64,000 bases of DNA, taken from NCBI RefSeq assembly GCF_006345805.1, contig NC_042997.1:31434001-31498000 (forward strand), in the 5' to 3' direction. Shown here piece after piece: positions 1 through 11,439 of this stretch (position 1 is its first letter; every line of letters starts with the position of its first letter). The DNA is from Octopus sinensis. Lineage: Eukaryota. The position numbers were made by a program, and so were the translations under genes. The notes below the pieces were generated by a model. It did no database searches, had not been told where the DNA came from, and saw only the letters and a program-made list of their open reading frames with translations.

Positions 1-751
1 ACTTTCGGGCCAGGGCCCATGGACAACTTCCAGAGATCCCTGGCCTGGCAGTGCTACCGAGAAGCGCTACCCGTTCGGGATAAGCTCTACAGACACGGCT
101 CGAGAAACACGGGGCCGACCTGCCCGAGATGCGGTCAGAGCGACGAAACCGTTCTGCACGCACTCGTTCAGTGTCCAACAATTTCTGACCTGTGGGCTTA
201 TGTCGAACAACTGCTGTCACGTGTGGGACGAGTCGGTTTATCAGCTGAGTCTATCGTCAATATTGTCACGCCTCCTTCCTTCAAACGGGAAGGAAGAGCT
301 ATTTTCATCATCCTTGTGGCTATGGCGAAAGAATGTATCTGGTGGACGCGTCTGAAAGGATTGGAGACAAACACTTTCCTCTCTGGTCAATCTCTCATCA
401 ACTTCTTCAAGTACCACTTGAAAAGGAAAGTGAGAGTAGAGAGGCAAGTTTTGTCTAGCGAATGTTTTAAAAAAAGATGGGTGAATGTAGCAAGAATGGC
501 ACGTATGAATGACGAAGCCACCTTGAGCATAGTCCTATGAACCCAGAAATTGAAAACAGAGAGTTGCTTATTTGCAAAAAAAAAAAAAAAAAAAAAAAAA
601 AGAAATATAAAATATGACTTCATTGACCGAGGTTACCGTGGTCTTTTCCGCAGGCTTTTCTTTCCACGGGTAAACCTCACCTGTCCTCCCCTTTACACTT
701 CATATTGACATTTCTGTGATAACGATCCCTATTGATCATTTTTTTTCCTCT

Positions 752-790
<39 letters not shown>

Positions 791-849
791 CCCCTTATTT
801 TTGTCCTCTTTCTCTCCTTTACGATCCCTTTTGATCGAACCTCCCTCTT

Positions 850-886
<37 letters not shown>

Positions 887-958
887 CCTTCAAAAGAAAA
901 GCTCTACCTTGTAATTTGTTCTATCTGTGTGCAGCCCTGTGTGGCTAATAAAGAAACA
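1..958 (+). mobile_element. Tx1/L1-clade LINE, copy A (3' part; runs off the window start)
   Basis: ORF 19..540 is the ORF2 C-terminus with the zf-RVT motif [19 protein letters not shown], nearly identical to 27130..27648. The 3' UTR has an internal A-tract and T/C tracts, ends AATAAA(947-952)GAAACA, and is followed directly by (TATC)n. Confidence 0.95.
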
Positions 959-983
959 TATCTATCTATCTATCTATCCATCC

Positions 984-1030
<47 letters not shown>

Positions 1031-1031
1031 C

Positions 1032-1113
<82 letters not shown>

Positions 1114-1117
1114 GTAC

Positions 1118-1173
<56 letters not shown>

Positions 1174-1290
1174 TTATCAGTATAATATATATCTATATCT
1201 ATGTATATATATATGTGTGTGTGTGTGTCTGTGTGTGTGTGTCTGTGTGTGTGTGTGTCTGTGTGTGTGTGTGTATGTGTGTATGTACAG
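959..1290. repeat. (TATC)n followed by (TA)/(TG)n microsatellite; target array of Tx1 copy A
   Basis: Direct reading of the sequence. Confidence 0.95.
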
Positions 1291-1589
1291 ATATAGACAC
1301 AAACATATTTGTGTACATACAAACTACTTCCAATATTATTAGATTTGCATATTGCTTTGGGATCTTATCGCTAGAGCTGCTGCACAGACAGTTTGATGTG
1401 ATCTATTGCTCCAATATGTCGCTCGAATAATAATTATATAATTTCCATTCATATAATGACAGCCGGTCAGCCTTGTACCGTTTCCCCATTGCATACTGAA
1501 TAAAAGATAATGGGTAAACACAAGAAAACGCTGTTAATTTGAGAGACATTGTTATACAGCTTGATGGATATATATACATGCATACATAC

Positions 1590-1632
<43 letters not shown>

Positions 1633-1964
1633 TACATATATATATATATTATATATATATATTTATATTTATAATATATGTGTATATATATATGATATAT
1701 GTATACTCATAGTTATATGCATAAATACATACATATATTTACATACATACATACATATATGTATATACATACATATATATATATATACATACATATATAT
1801 ATACTATATATATATATACATATATATATACATATATATACATATATATATATACACACATATATATATATATATTTATATATATATTATTATATATATA
1901 TATATATAAACAGTTACACGCGCAAATACATATCCTAGAAACACATTTTTGTCTCACTGTCAGT

Positions 1965-2052
<88 letters not shown>

Positions 2053-2436
2053 GCTTTTCTGTACACCTCTCTGCATACATACACAAACACACATATTTAC
2101 ATCTGAAAATGGGCTTTTCATTTGTAGTGTTACGGATCTGTAGGGATTTTCTTAGAAGTAGGTTAATTTTTATTGGAGGACCGAAATTGTAGATAAATAC
2201 GAGTACAAACAATCTGGCACGCACACAGACGCATATAAATACACACATACACACACACACACACACACACGTATTAATGTTTGACTTAATTTAGTTATAA
2301 TTATACATAAAAAATAGTCGAACATTTATTGAGGGATCACTAAGAATATTTAAATAAAGCCACATATGAATTTTTACAAAGGAAAAGTTGGCTTTAACGT
2401 CGAAGTTACACCAAGATATATATATATATATTATAT

Positions 2437-2495
<59 letters not shown>

Positions 2496-2507
2496 CATAC
2501 ATATATA

Positions 2508-2914
2508 GGCGCATGAGTGGCTGTGTGGGCTTGCTAACCAACCACATGGTTCCGGGTTCAGTCCCACTGCGTGGCATCTTGGGCAGGTGTCTTCTGCTAT
2601 AGCCCCAGGCCGACCAATGCCTTGTGAGTGGATTTGGTAGACGGAAACTGAAAGAAGCCTGTCGTATATATGTATATATATATATGTATGTGTTTGTGTG
2701 TCTGTGTTTGTACCCCTAGCATTGCTTGACAATCGATGCTGGTGCGTTTACGTCCCCGTCACTTAGCGGTTCGGCAAAAGAGATTGATAGAATAAGTACT
2801 GGGCTTACAAAGAATAAGTCCCGGGGTCGATTTGCTCGACTAAAAAACGGCGGTGCTCCAGCATGGCCGCAGTCAAATGACTGAAACATGTAAAAGAGTA
2901 AAAGAGTAAAGAGT
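2508..2914 (+). mobile_element. SINE family A (tRNA-like head, CORE-like segment, internal TA/TG microsatellite, (TAAAAGAG)n tail)
   Basis: Head GGCGCATGAGTGGCTGTGTGG...GGTTCAGTCCCA with A/B-box-like motifs; collinear with 12326..12760 and several reverse copies. Confidence 0.85.
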
Positions 2915-3155
2915 ATATATGTCAGTGTGTGTATGTGTATCTCTCTTTCTGTGCACACACACACACATATATATGTACATAACCTCAGATTTTCATTAGT
3001 AATTTTATTACATTTTTATCGTTACATGCTGGAAGGTTATTTTATTTTATTGACCCAGTACAAAAAAAGAAAGCAAAATAGACCTCGGCTGGATTTGAAC
3101 TCGAGGCGTAAAAAGCTGGGAAGATACCATAAGTAATTTTGTTCAATACCTTACC

Positions 3156-3387
3156 TATTTCTTTATTACCCACAAGGGGCTAAACATAGAGGGGACAAAC
3201 AAGGACAGACATAGGTATTAAGTCGATTATATCGACCCCAGAGCGTAACTGGTACTTAATTTATCGACCCCGAAAGGATGAAAGGCAAAGTCGACCTCGG
3301 CGGAATTTGAACTCACAACGTAACGACAGACGAAATACCGCTAAGCACTTCATCCGGCGTGCTAACGTTTCTGCCAGCTCGCCGCCT
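3156..3387 (-). mobile_element. SINE family B, full length, 17-bp TSD
   Basis: Minus strand AGGCGGCGAGCTGGCAGAAACG...GAGTTCAAATTCC (B box)...AATAAAGAAATA; TTGTTCAATACCTTACC at 3139-3155 and 3388-3404. Confidence 0.9.
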
Positions 3388-3454
3388 TTGTTCAATACCT
3401 TACCGTTAGTGCTATTCCACCACCCTATTAATTATTGCTTACGTCGTCTCGTAT

Positions 3455-3700
3455 TCATTAGAGCGTTGTAATCATGATCGTAAGAATGTGGTTTCGATTC
3501 CTGGACTGGGAAACGCGTTGTGTTCTCGAGCAAAAAACAACAATTCACATTCCTCCAGCCCACTCAGCTGGCAAAAACGAGTAATCGCACGATGGACCGA
3601 CAGCCTGTCCAGCGGGGAATATATACGTCACGGAAACCGGGGGGCTGGCCCTATGAATGTATACGATTCAGAAAGGATCTCTGGACAGGCACAAAGCTAG
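3455..3700 (+). mobile_element. SINE family C (tRNA-like head, CORE-like domain), diverged
   Basis: GTGGTTTCGATTCCTGGACTGGG...GAGCAAAA...CACTCAGCTGGCAAAA; similar to 6688..6905. Confidence 0.7.
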
Positions 3701-3915
3701 AAACTTTGGGAAGGTGAACGGTCGAATATATCAACCTCAAGTACCTGGCTGGTCTTTTACTCTATCGGATCTCCAAAAATGAAAAAGTTGTGTTGGCCTC
3801 GGCGGGATTTGAACTTTGATCGAAGAGCGACGCTCTTTCGATCCTTCGCCAACAACGACAACAATTTCGAAATCAACAAACATTTAAAGGACAAATATTA
3901 AAAGGACAAAGACAA

Positions 3916-4112
3916 CAAGAGAGAGAGAGAGAAAGAGGGGGAGAAATAGAGAGAGTGAAAGAGAGCGAGAGATAGAGAGAAAGAGGGGGAGAAATAGAGA
4001 GAATGAAAGAGAGAGAAAGAGGGGGAGAAATAGAGAGAGTGAAAGAGAGAGAGAGAGAGAGAAAGAGGGGGAGAAATAGAGAGAGTGAAAGAGAGAGCGA
4101 GATAGAGAGAGA
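3916..4112. repeat. GA-rich minisatellite, 4 units of GAAAGAGGGGGAGAAATAGAGAGA(G/A)TGAAA embedded in (GA)n
   Basis: Direct reading of the sequence. Confidence 0.9.
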
Positions 4113-4799
4113 GCAAGTGAACGCATCACAAGCATTTCCATACACAAATCTGATCCATCTCTGTTGAGTCACATAACGATGTCATTTGCTATCATTTGTC
4201 CTTCTGCTGATATTTCTCTCAAAGCTCAATCGACATTAAGAATCGCTTTTCTAAAGCAAACAATTATCGTTGTTGCTGTCATTGTCGCAGCTTTTATCAA
4301 AACTCTCACCCACTCTTCACACTCATTATCCAAATACACACACATATACTATTCACCCTCCATTTTCTCTGATTCGTTAGTTTTTCTCTGTCCTTTGTCG
4401 TCTGCTTTCTATCATTTTCATATTTTATCATTTTTTTCTATCGCTGTCACCTTCCACTTCTTTTCTCTTTCTATCAGCTGCTCTTTATCAATTGAGAGTT
4501 CTTCCTTCATTTCCGTATTATCTTGTTCTCTTTTAAATTTCTTTCTTTCTTTTTATTTGTCTGTCTGTCTCTCTCTCCCACTCTCTCTTTCTACCTATCT
4601 ATTTAGCTTTGTCTCTGTTCAAATAAAATCTTCCATATTCTCACACAACTCGATGACATACACGCAACACACACGTAACACACACACGCACTTACTCTTC
4701 TTTTTCTTCTCTTTCTCTGTATATATAATAACACACATACACACATATTATATGGCTTGGATCACTTCGATATTGGCCCCGGAATTGCCTAAATTAATA

Positions 4800-5480
4800 A
4801 GCCCTACCTAACAGAATCCGGGGAGTCATTTTTAAAGTCAAGTCTTGCGGTTTGTCTGGTATCTCTTGAAGAAATTTATCCAGTTTGTTTAGATATTGTG
4901 AGATCTCTGAGTTGTTCTCATACAAAAGTAAATACAGCAGGCACGGTCTGTTGAGTAAAGGTAATTGTGTTGTCATGCGTCTGGTTTTTGTAGGGGAGGC
5001 GGGGATAATATGGCAAAGGGTCCCAGCCTCAAATGAATGGTAAACTTGATGCTAAAGCAGTTTGGGCAATCCGGGTGGTATATTCTCCACGTTGTGCAAA
5101 TGATATAGCCCTCACGGCAGTATCAATCCTAATAATCAAGACCAGTTATCCATTTATATATATTGTAATTGTTCTCTGGTGTGTCTTAGACCTCTTAATG
5201 CGTTTTCTTCTCTCTCTTTTTTTTTTGTTTTTGTATAGCGAAACCAAAGAGGGATAGCTGTCTGGATGTAGCCGTACGAACGAGGAAAAAGGTAGATGAT
5301 GACTTCTGGCTTCCTGAACCGGTAAGTTCTGAGGAACCAAGAGATCTTTCTGCGAGCCATATTAACTTTGTTGAGAAGAGCATTTCAACTGAGATCGTTG
5401 CCAGTACAAAGGGTAAGAAAAAAAGGTAATACCCAACTCCAGGGTAGGGCTATGGTCCGTCAGTCCAGAAGTTCCCTTCT
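4800..5480 (-). mobile_element. Degenerate CR1/L2-group LINE ORF2 C-terminal fragment
   Basis: Minus-strand peptides KVNMARRKISWFLRTYRFRKPE and YLNKLDKFLQEIPDKP resemble post-RT and terminal motifs of CR1/L2-group ORF2; multiple frameshifts. Confidence 0.6.
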
Positions 5481-5554
5481 GTTTACTTTTTAGACAGGTT
5501 CACCGATAACCGCCGTGTTGCCAAGCTTGTTGCGACATCTCCATATTATGCATT

Positions 5555-5685
5555 TTTGGTAGCTGAGAGCAACGCAGAATGAAATGTTTTGCTCAAGAAT
5601 ACAGCACATCGCCCGGTCCAGGGATCGAAGCCATAATCTTACAATGAGGAATCTTATACTCGACCTACTAAGCTACGCACCGCCA
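5555..5685 (-). mobile_element. SINE family C head fragment
   Basis: Reverse complement matches the 6688..6800 head and CORE-like segment. Confidence 0.6.
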
Positions 5686-6614
5686 CCCAATGAATGAGTA
5701 TTTAATATAAAATATCGAATAATGAACAGGGAGCCAGACATGGAAATAAAATTGAAGTCACATTTATAATGGATGGGAGAGAAACCTTCCCCTATCGCCA
5801 TCGTCAATACCATAATTACCAACGCAAACGTCACCACCACCACTATTACCTTTAACGCTTACCCTACTAACTCACTAGATTCGTAACTTCGTATGACTTC
5901 ATAACGTATGCTTAAGAAATCTGTCTGAGATATTTATCAGGAAATGATGTCGAGAAACTTTGGCTAGACTTTACATGGAGGGATTATTAATATTATAGAA
6001 TTATAACACTAATTCTATCACTAATCATGCGGTCATTAATATTGTATGGTTATACTCTTGTTAGATCTGTGGTGAGATAGCAAAATCGATAGAGGTTCGG
6101 GAAAATTCTTTGCAATATAAGACCCCGTTCTTTACGTACAGAATTCAAATTTTGTACTACTTTCACTCGTGGTGGGCTCCGACTAACGTGTTTACATGCC
6201 TCTCACGAACACTGACCACATCCGATGGTTGGCTGCTGTCGGAAGCTGCCAGGCAAAGTAGTACTTCCGCCTGTGACCTAAAAGTCCAGCTTGCATATTT
6301 GACTAATGCTCTATTGGGAGAGCAGGCATGTCGAATAGTGCAGACACCGTAGCCGTAGTTGTCATTCCCTGTTATGGTGTAGTGTTCATGTTCCGAATTT
6401 CAGTGGGAATACAAGTTCGCATGTTGTCTCTGGTCAGGTGCATTATTCAAATTAAATTTCGGTTAACCTTGATCTGTAAATAGTTGTTATATTTTTTTGA
6501 TACCATAATAGGTTAGTTAGGATGATGTCTATATTACAATATTATAATAACCAATAATATGTTGTGCATGTTTAGTAATATTACGATCATGGAATTAGCA
6601 TTAGGTTATCTCAC

Positions 6615-6687
6615 TCTTTCTCGTGGAATCCCTAGGAACACTTTGCGGAACCCTAGGGCTACAAGGAACCGCGCTTGAGAAACACTG
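6615..6687. mobile_element. hAT-type MITE end fragment
   Basis: Ends in TTGAGAAACACTG (rc CAGTGTTTCTCAA), the same TIR type as the hAT at 47950..50312; GGAACC/GGAATCC subterminal repeats. Confidence 0.5.
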
Positions 6688-6905
6688 GGTTAGGGTGTTG
6701 GAATCATGATTGTAAGATTGTGGTTTCGCTTCTTGGACTGGGCAACGCTGTGTGTTCTTGAGCAAAACACTTCCTTTCACGTTTCTCGAGCCCATTCAGC
6801 TGGCAAAAATGAGTGATTCTGCGGTCAGGTGAGGAATGTATATGCCATGGAACCAGGAAACCGGCCCTTATGAGTCGCCATGACTAAAGAAGGTAATCTT
6901 TACCT
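6688..6905 (+). mobile_element. SINE family C, 5'-clipped
   Basis: GGTTAGGGTGTTGGAATCATGATTGTAAGATTGTGGTTTCG tRNA-like head; collinear with 3455..3700. Confidence 0.7.
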
Positions 6906-7561
6906 ATCAGGGTCGGTGTTATCGACATATCCCCTACGCCGAACCTGCTGGACTTGTGCTAGAAATTGAAACAAATATTACTGAAAAACATCATGAATAA
7001 TTATTACGTTTACTATCGTTCCGGTATTAGGAGAATGTGTTTTATTTCTGTTGATCGTATTTCCTCTACTTGAAGCTTATTTGGATGAGTAGCGTAGTTA
7101 ATGTAATTACTCGCTTCGTAATTATTTCTGCTATGATTTTTGACCATCAGTTTTACGACTTCCACCATCTTTATCATAAGTACCTAATATATCGACCCTC
7201 CGTCTAACTAGGTCAAAATGATTCATCGACCAGCTTTGCTTATACAAGCTTCCGGTTCAGATCGATATTAGGGAACTCTGTTATCGAGGTTTTCCTATCT
7301 GCAATTAATTACCGTCGGCGAAGAGTCCATTTAGAGCTATATCTGTATGGCCCATTACCTGAGTAAAACACACACACACACACACACACATTGTCACTCC
7401 ACTCCACACACTCACCCACGCACGCACACACACATCGTAAAACAATAAGATCGTAATAATTTTTTTTATATCCTCTCCTTCGCATGTCAGTGGAGATAAT
7501 ACTAATCATACTAAAAACGAAATTACACTTATTTAGCAGGATGTCATTTATTTATTCACTA

Positions 7562-7860
7562 CTAGCAGTATCGCCCGGCGTTGCTCGGGTTTGTAAGGGA
7601 AATAACTATATAAGCATTTTTAGAGAGTTACTTCCCTTATATAATAGCAAAAAAATGCATTGAAAATGGGAACAAATGATGGTGATTTTTTTTAAAAATC
7701 GTATACTCATCGTAGACTCGCGCTAATACCCAGAAGGGCTCGATATGAATCACGACTATAAGATACCCGCTTTTGGTTAAACTGCACTGCAAAATGTGGG
7801 AGTAGTTAGGAATCTAAATCGTAGGAGACAGACACACAACTTGACATTTATATATAAAGA
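7562..7860 (-). mobile_element. Non-autonomous Helitron (299 bp)
   Basis: Minus strand starts A^TCTTTATATATAAA and ends with hairpin CCCGAGCAACGCCGGG then ...GCTAG^T; no TSD; inserted between A and T. Confidence 0.8.
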
Positions 7861-8219
7861 TTTCTTGATCCTTTTTATGCAGATGCTTTTACATTATGCT
7901 TTCGTTTAATATCAAAATGTACAATTCATGTAGCCATAGACGATGTTATTAGAAATTTGTTTTGCGAATTTGAATAAAATTTACCGTTAGTAATAAATAA
8001 AAATTTGGTTCATGCTCTTCTCTGGCTCGCAGGTCCCTCACCAAAGCTTGTCAACTGGTGGTGGACTATTTATGCTTCCGTCACTTGGCGATTTTGCAAA
8101 AGAAACTGATAATCAAATGAGCAATCCTAGCAACATCAACCGTGAATATGCCTTGGACTTTTGTTGTTTCTTGTATTTGATTTCGTTTGTGATTTGTTGA
8201 GTATGTGTATATATGTAGC

Positions 8220-8267
<48 letters not shown>

Positions 8268-8296
8268 GGTCCCGGGTTGAGTCGGGGTTAACCACA

Positions 8297-8544
8297 GTAA
8301 ATAAGGTACTCAATACATAGCAGAGTAAATTAATTTATTTTATAGAAGGAGCTTCTACAGGACTAGAACTGTTTCATTCAAATGAAATCATCAGGAGCTT
8401 CCTGATGATTTCATTTGAATGAAACAGTTCTAGTCCTGTAGAAGCTCCTTCTATAAAATAAATTAATTTACTCTGCTATGTATTGAGTACCTTATTTACA
8501 TTTGAATGAAACAGTTCTAGCCCTGTAGAAGCTCCTTCTATTAA

Positions 8545-8552
<8 letters not shown>
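8297..8552. repeat. Perfect 100-bp-arm palindrome plus partial tandem copy of the right arm
   Basis: 8297-8396 is the exact reverse complement of 8400-8499 (loop GCT); 8500-8552 repeats 8413 onward. Confidence 0.95.
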
Positions 8553-8607
<55 letters not shown>

Positions 8608-8611
8608 TTAA

Positions 8612-8800
8612 AGGGAAAGTTTACGAAAATAAACAAAAGACGAAGGCAGGTGGAGTACAAACAAACAAATGTATTAGTATGGCGCTCAGGAATAGAAATA
8701 GAAAAAGTATTTTACGTTTCGAGCCTACGCTCTTCGACAGAAAAATACACAGAAAAAAACAAGGAGAAAAACAAGGAGAGAAAAAAATGCGTGTTGGAGC
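8612..8800 (-). mobile_element. Short non-autonomous element (family H) carrying a hammerhead-like motif
   Basis: Homologous to 21497..21690 (+) and 51966..52148 (-); all three abut (TA)n. Confidence 0.75.
8707..8748 (-). ncRNA. Minimal type-I hammerhead-like motif (U6 variant)
   Basis: GTA-TT-TTT CTGTCGA A GAG CGTAGG CTC GAAAC GTA AAA TAC: stem I, core, stem II, GAAA, palindromic ACGT rudimentary stem III, GUA cleavage triplet. Confidence 0.6.
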
Positions 8801-9050
8801 TGATTTCGGACAGTGGTCAGACGCGAGAGGGACAGTAGGGGAGATAACAGGGTCAAACGACTTCCAATACGAACATATATATTTATGTGTATGAGTGTAT
8901 GTTTATATGTATATGTGTGTGTAGCAATAAATGAGCTAAAGTGTACTCAATTCATGTTTTAGAGTAGAATTGCTTGCACGGTCATTCATTTATTCTCTCA
9001 TTCATTCATACATAAATGCCTACATAGGTACACACCCAAGCGCGATTATA

Positions 9051-9271
9051 TGGCAGAAACGTTAGCACGCCGGGCGAAATGCGTTGCCGTATTTCGTCTG
9101 TCGTTACGTTCTGCGTTCAAATTCCGCCGAGGTCGACTTTGCCTTTTATCCTTTCGGGGTCGATAAATTAAGTACCAGTTACGCACTGGGGTCGATGTAA
9201 TCGACTTAATCCCTTTGTCTGTCCTTGTTTGTCTCCTCTGTGTTTAGCCCTTTGTGGGTAGTAAAGAAATA
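9051..9271 (+). mobile_element. SINE family B
   Basis: Collinear with the reverse complement of 3156..3387; ends GTAAAGAAATA into (TA)/(TATG)n. Confidence 0.9.
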
Positions 9272-11439
9272 TATATATATGTATGTATGTATGAATAAAA
9301 AAAAAATGTGTATGCATATGATTAGTTCAGCAAGTAGATAATTCTTATTCATAAGTACTAATTTATCACATGAATATCAACACAGAGTAGTAGATGTGTA
9401 AGGGAGGTGAAAATGAAGGAACATAACGATTATGGTTTCATCGAAAGTATTTCGATTGCACCGGATGCCATTGTTTCTTTCCTTATTTGGATACATAACA
9501 GTGACCAAATATCTCATGATGCGACCATGCTCCAATGAGAAAATAGATGTATGAATATGTGTGTGTGTGTGTGAGTGTGTGTGTGTGTGTGTGTGTGCAC
9601 GCGTATGTGTTCATTGAATATTTTTTGCGTTATAGTCCACTCGAAACTTAATCCATCATCCATCATCAAAAATGCTCACACATACACATACACGCACGTA
9701 TACACACACACGTAAACACACGCACTCTCTCTCACACACACACGCAACATATGTATTTGATTGTATGTGCAGCATACTCGTGTCATGTATCTGCGTATTG
9801 TTGTGTGCACGTATCTGTGTGGTGCCTCCCTCTCTGTATGTGTACATTCAGTGAAGTAGCTGCAAGGGTAATTCTTCTCTTTTGCACGCTGCACAAGTGC
9901 CTAGTAATAAAGTGCTCGTGAAAGGTCAAGTCAAAAAAATATGAACCACATCGTAAATTGATTATCATTTTTTTTTATGTGAAAAAACCCAACTAATTTC
10001 CTTTTGAACGGCATAATTGACAACACTTCTAGCCTCCTTCTCTCTCTACTCTCCCATTCTCTCTGTGTCTTTCTTTTTCTCTCCCTCTCCCTCCCTCTCC
10101 CTTCCTCTCCCTTTCGCCTTATAATCAGATTCCATTGTTGGTTGTCTGTCTAGTTTTCCTCACTCTCTTTAAACTAGCTCACCGACAACGGCAAGCTATA
10201 TATGTACATTGATTGGTTGCCGTAGTACAAACGCAGTGATTTTCTTTCACTTATTCTGATTGGTCAGTTTTAAAATAGTTGACGTACTAAATCACTTCGA
10301 CATGTTTCTTGCTTGTTGAAAACCATTGGATTAGAACAAGAGATAAAACAATGAAACTCAATTTTCATTTCATTTTACTCCACACCATACTTATTTTACA
10401 TTACTGACAAGGTAAGATCGTCGATACACTGCCCCATTCCTTCTTCCCTTAATTCAGTGTCTATATGTCTGTGGTTATACTATCTCTGTATTACACACGC
10501 ATATATGTTAATGTATGTTAAAATGTGTTACACATACACACAGGTTATGTAATATGTGTGTATGTGTGTGTGTGCGTGTGTGCGTGAGTGTGTGTGTATA
10601 TATATGTACATGTGTACGTGTATGCACGTGTGTGTTTAGAGTAAGGTTAAAGATATTCAAGGAGTGTGTTGGTACATTACTTCGGCAAGGATTGTGTTAT
10701 TTGGAAAAAAACCGACAGAAAAATGTAAAGGGGAATTGTCGTTCTTCAGACTTAAGATGAAAGGATAGAAAAAAAGGCAAGATACGTCGTCATCAATAAT
10801 AATTAACTGAATAGTAAATCCTTACTTTCAGTAGTTGGACTAGTTTCCTTAATGCATACCAAAAGATGTGATTTGTTGCAAGAGTTGGCGCCTTATAAAA
10901 GAGCATTAGTGGATTTGAAGAAGATGCTCCTCTAGAGTTTCGCCGTTATTCAGTACAACAAATACCTATCCAAAAAAATGTGTATGTCGTTTGTACGTCA
11001 TAGATTTTCTTAAATGATATCTTCTGTTGAGATTTCTGTTTAAGAAATAGCCATAACGTCTTTTTACGGATTAACAATTTGAAAGGGATGTCATTTTCGT
11101 CACGTAATTCTTTCGGGGAAGACATTACGTTGTCCTTCTTCCTTGAATTCTAAAATACAAAGAGAAGCGGCACTACATTCGTCACCATACCTATTGTCTT
11201 TTCGTGTTACTAGATTTGCACAGGTTTCCTCAAAAGGAAACGGCACCTAACATATGTCTCCGCACAGACATATGTCTTTCAGTTACAGTCTTGATGCACA
11301 GAGTTGCTTCATTTTCATCAATTCGCAAATGGCTTTTGGGAGTGCATGGAAGCCATAGCTTTCAGTCTTGTCAAACCTTCAAAACTACATTTTCATTGTG
11401 CCTTCTACACACACGTATATATATATATATATATATATA

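Noticed and set aside
716-2143. Long ORFs such as YLSIYLSI..., IYIYIY... and CVCVCV... here and throughout the window
   Set aside because: They are translations of TATC, TA, TG, CA, GAT and AAT microsatellites that lack stop codons; there are no protein motifs.
10200-10270. Paired CCAAT boxes (TGATTGGT twice); also paired TACGTCAC motifs near 32595-32625
   Set aside because: Short motifs are expected by chance or within repeats, and no adjacent gene start or CpG island supports a promoter.
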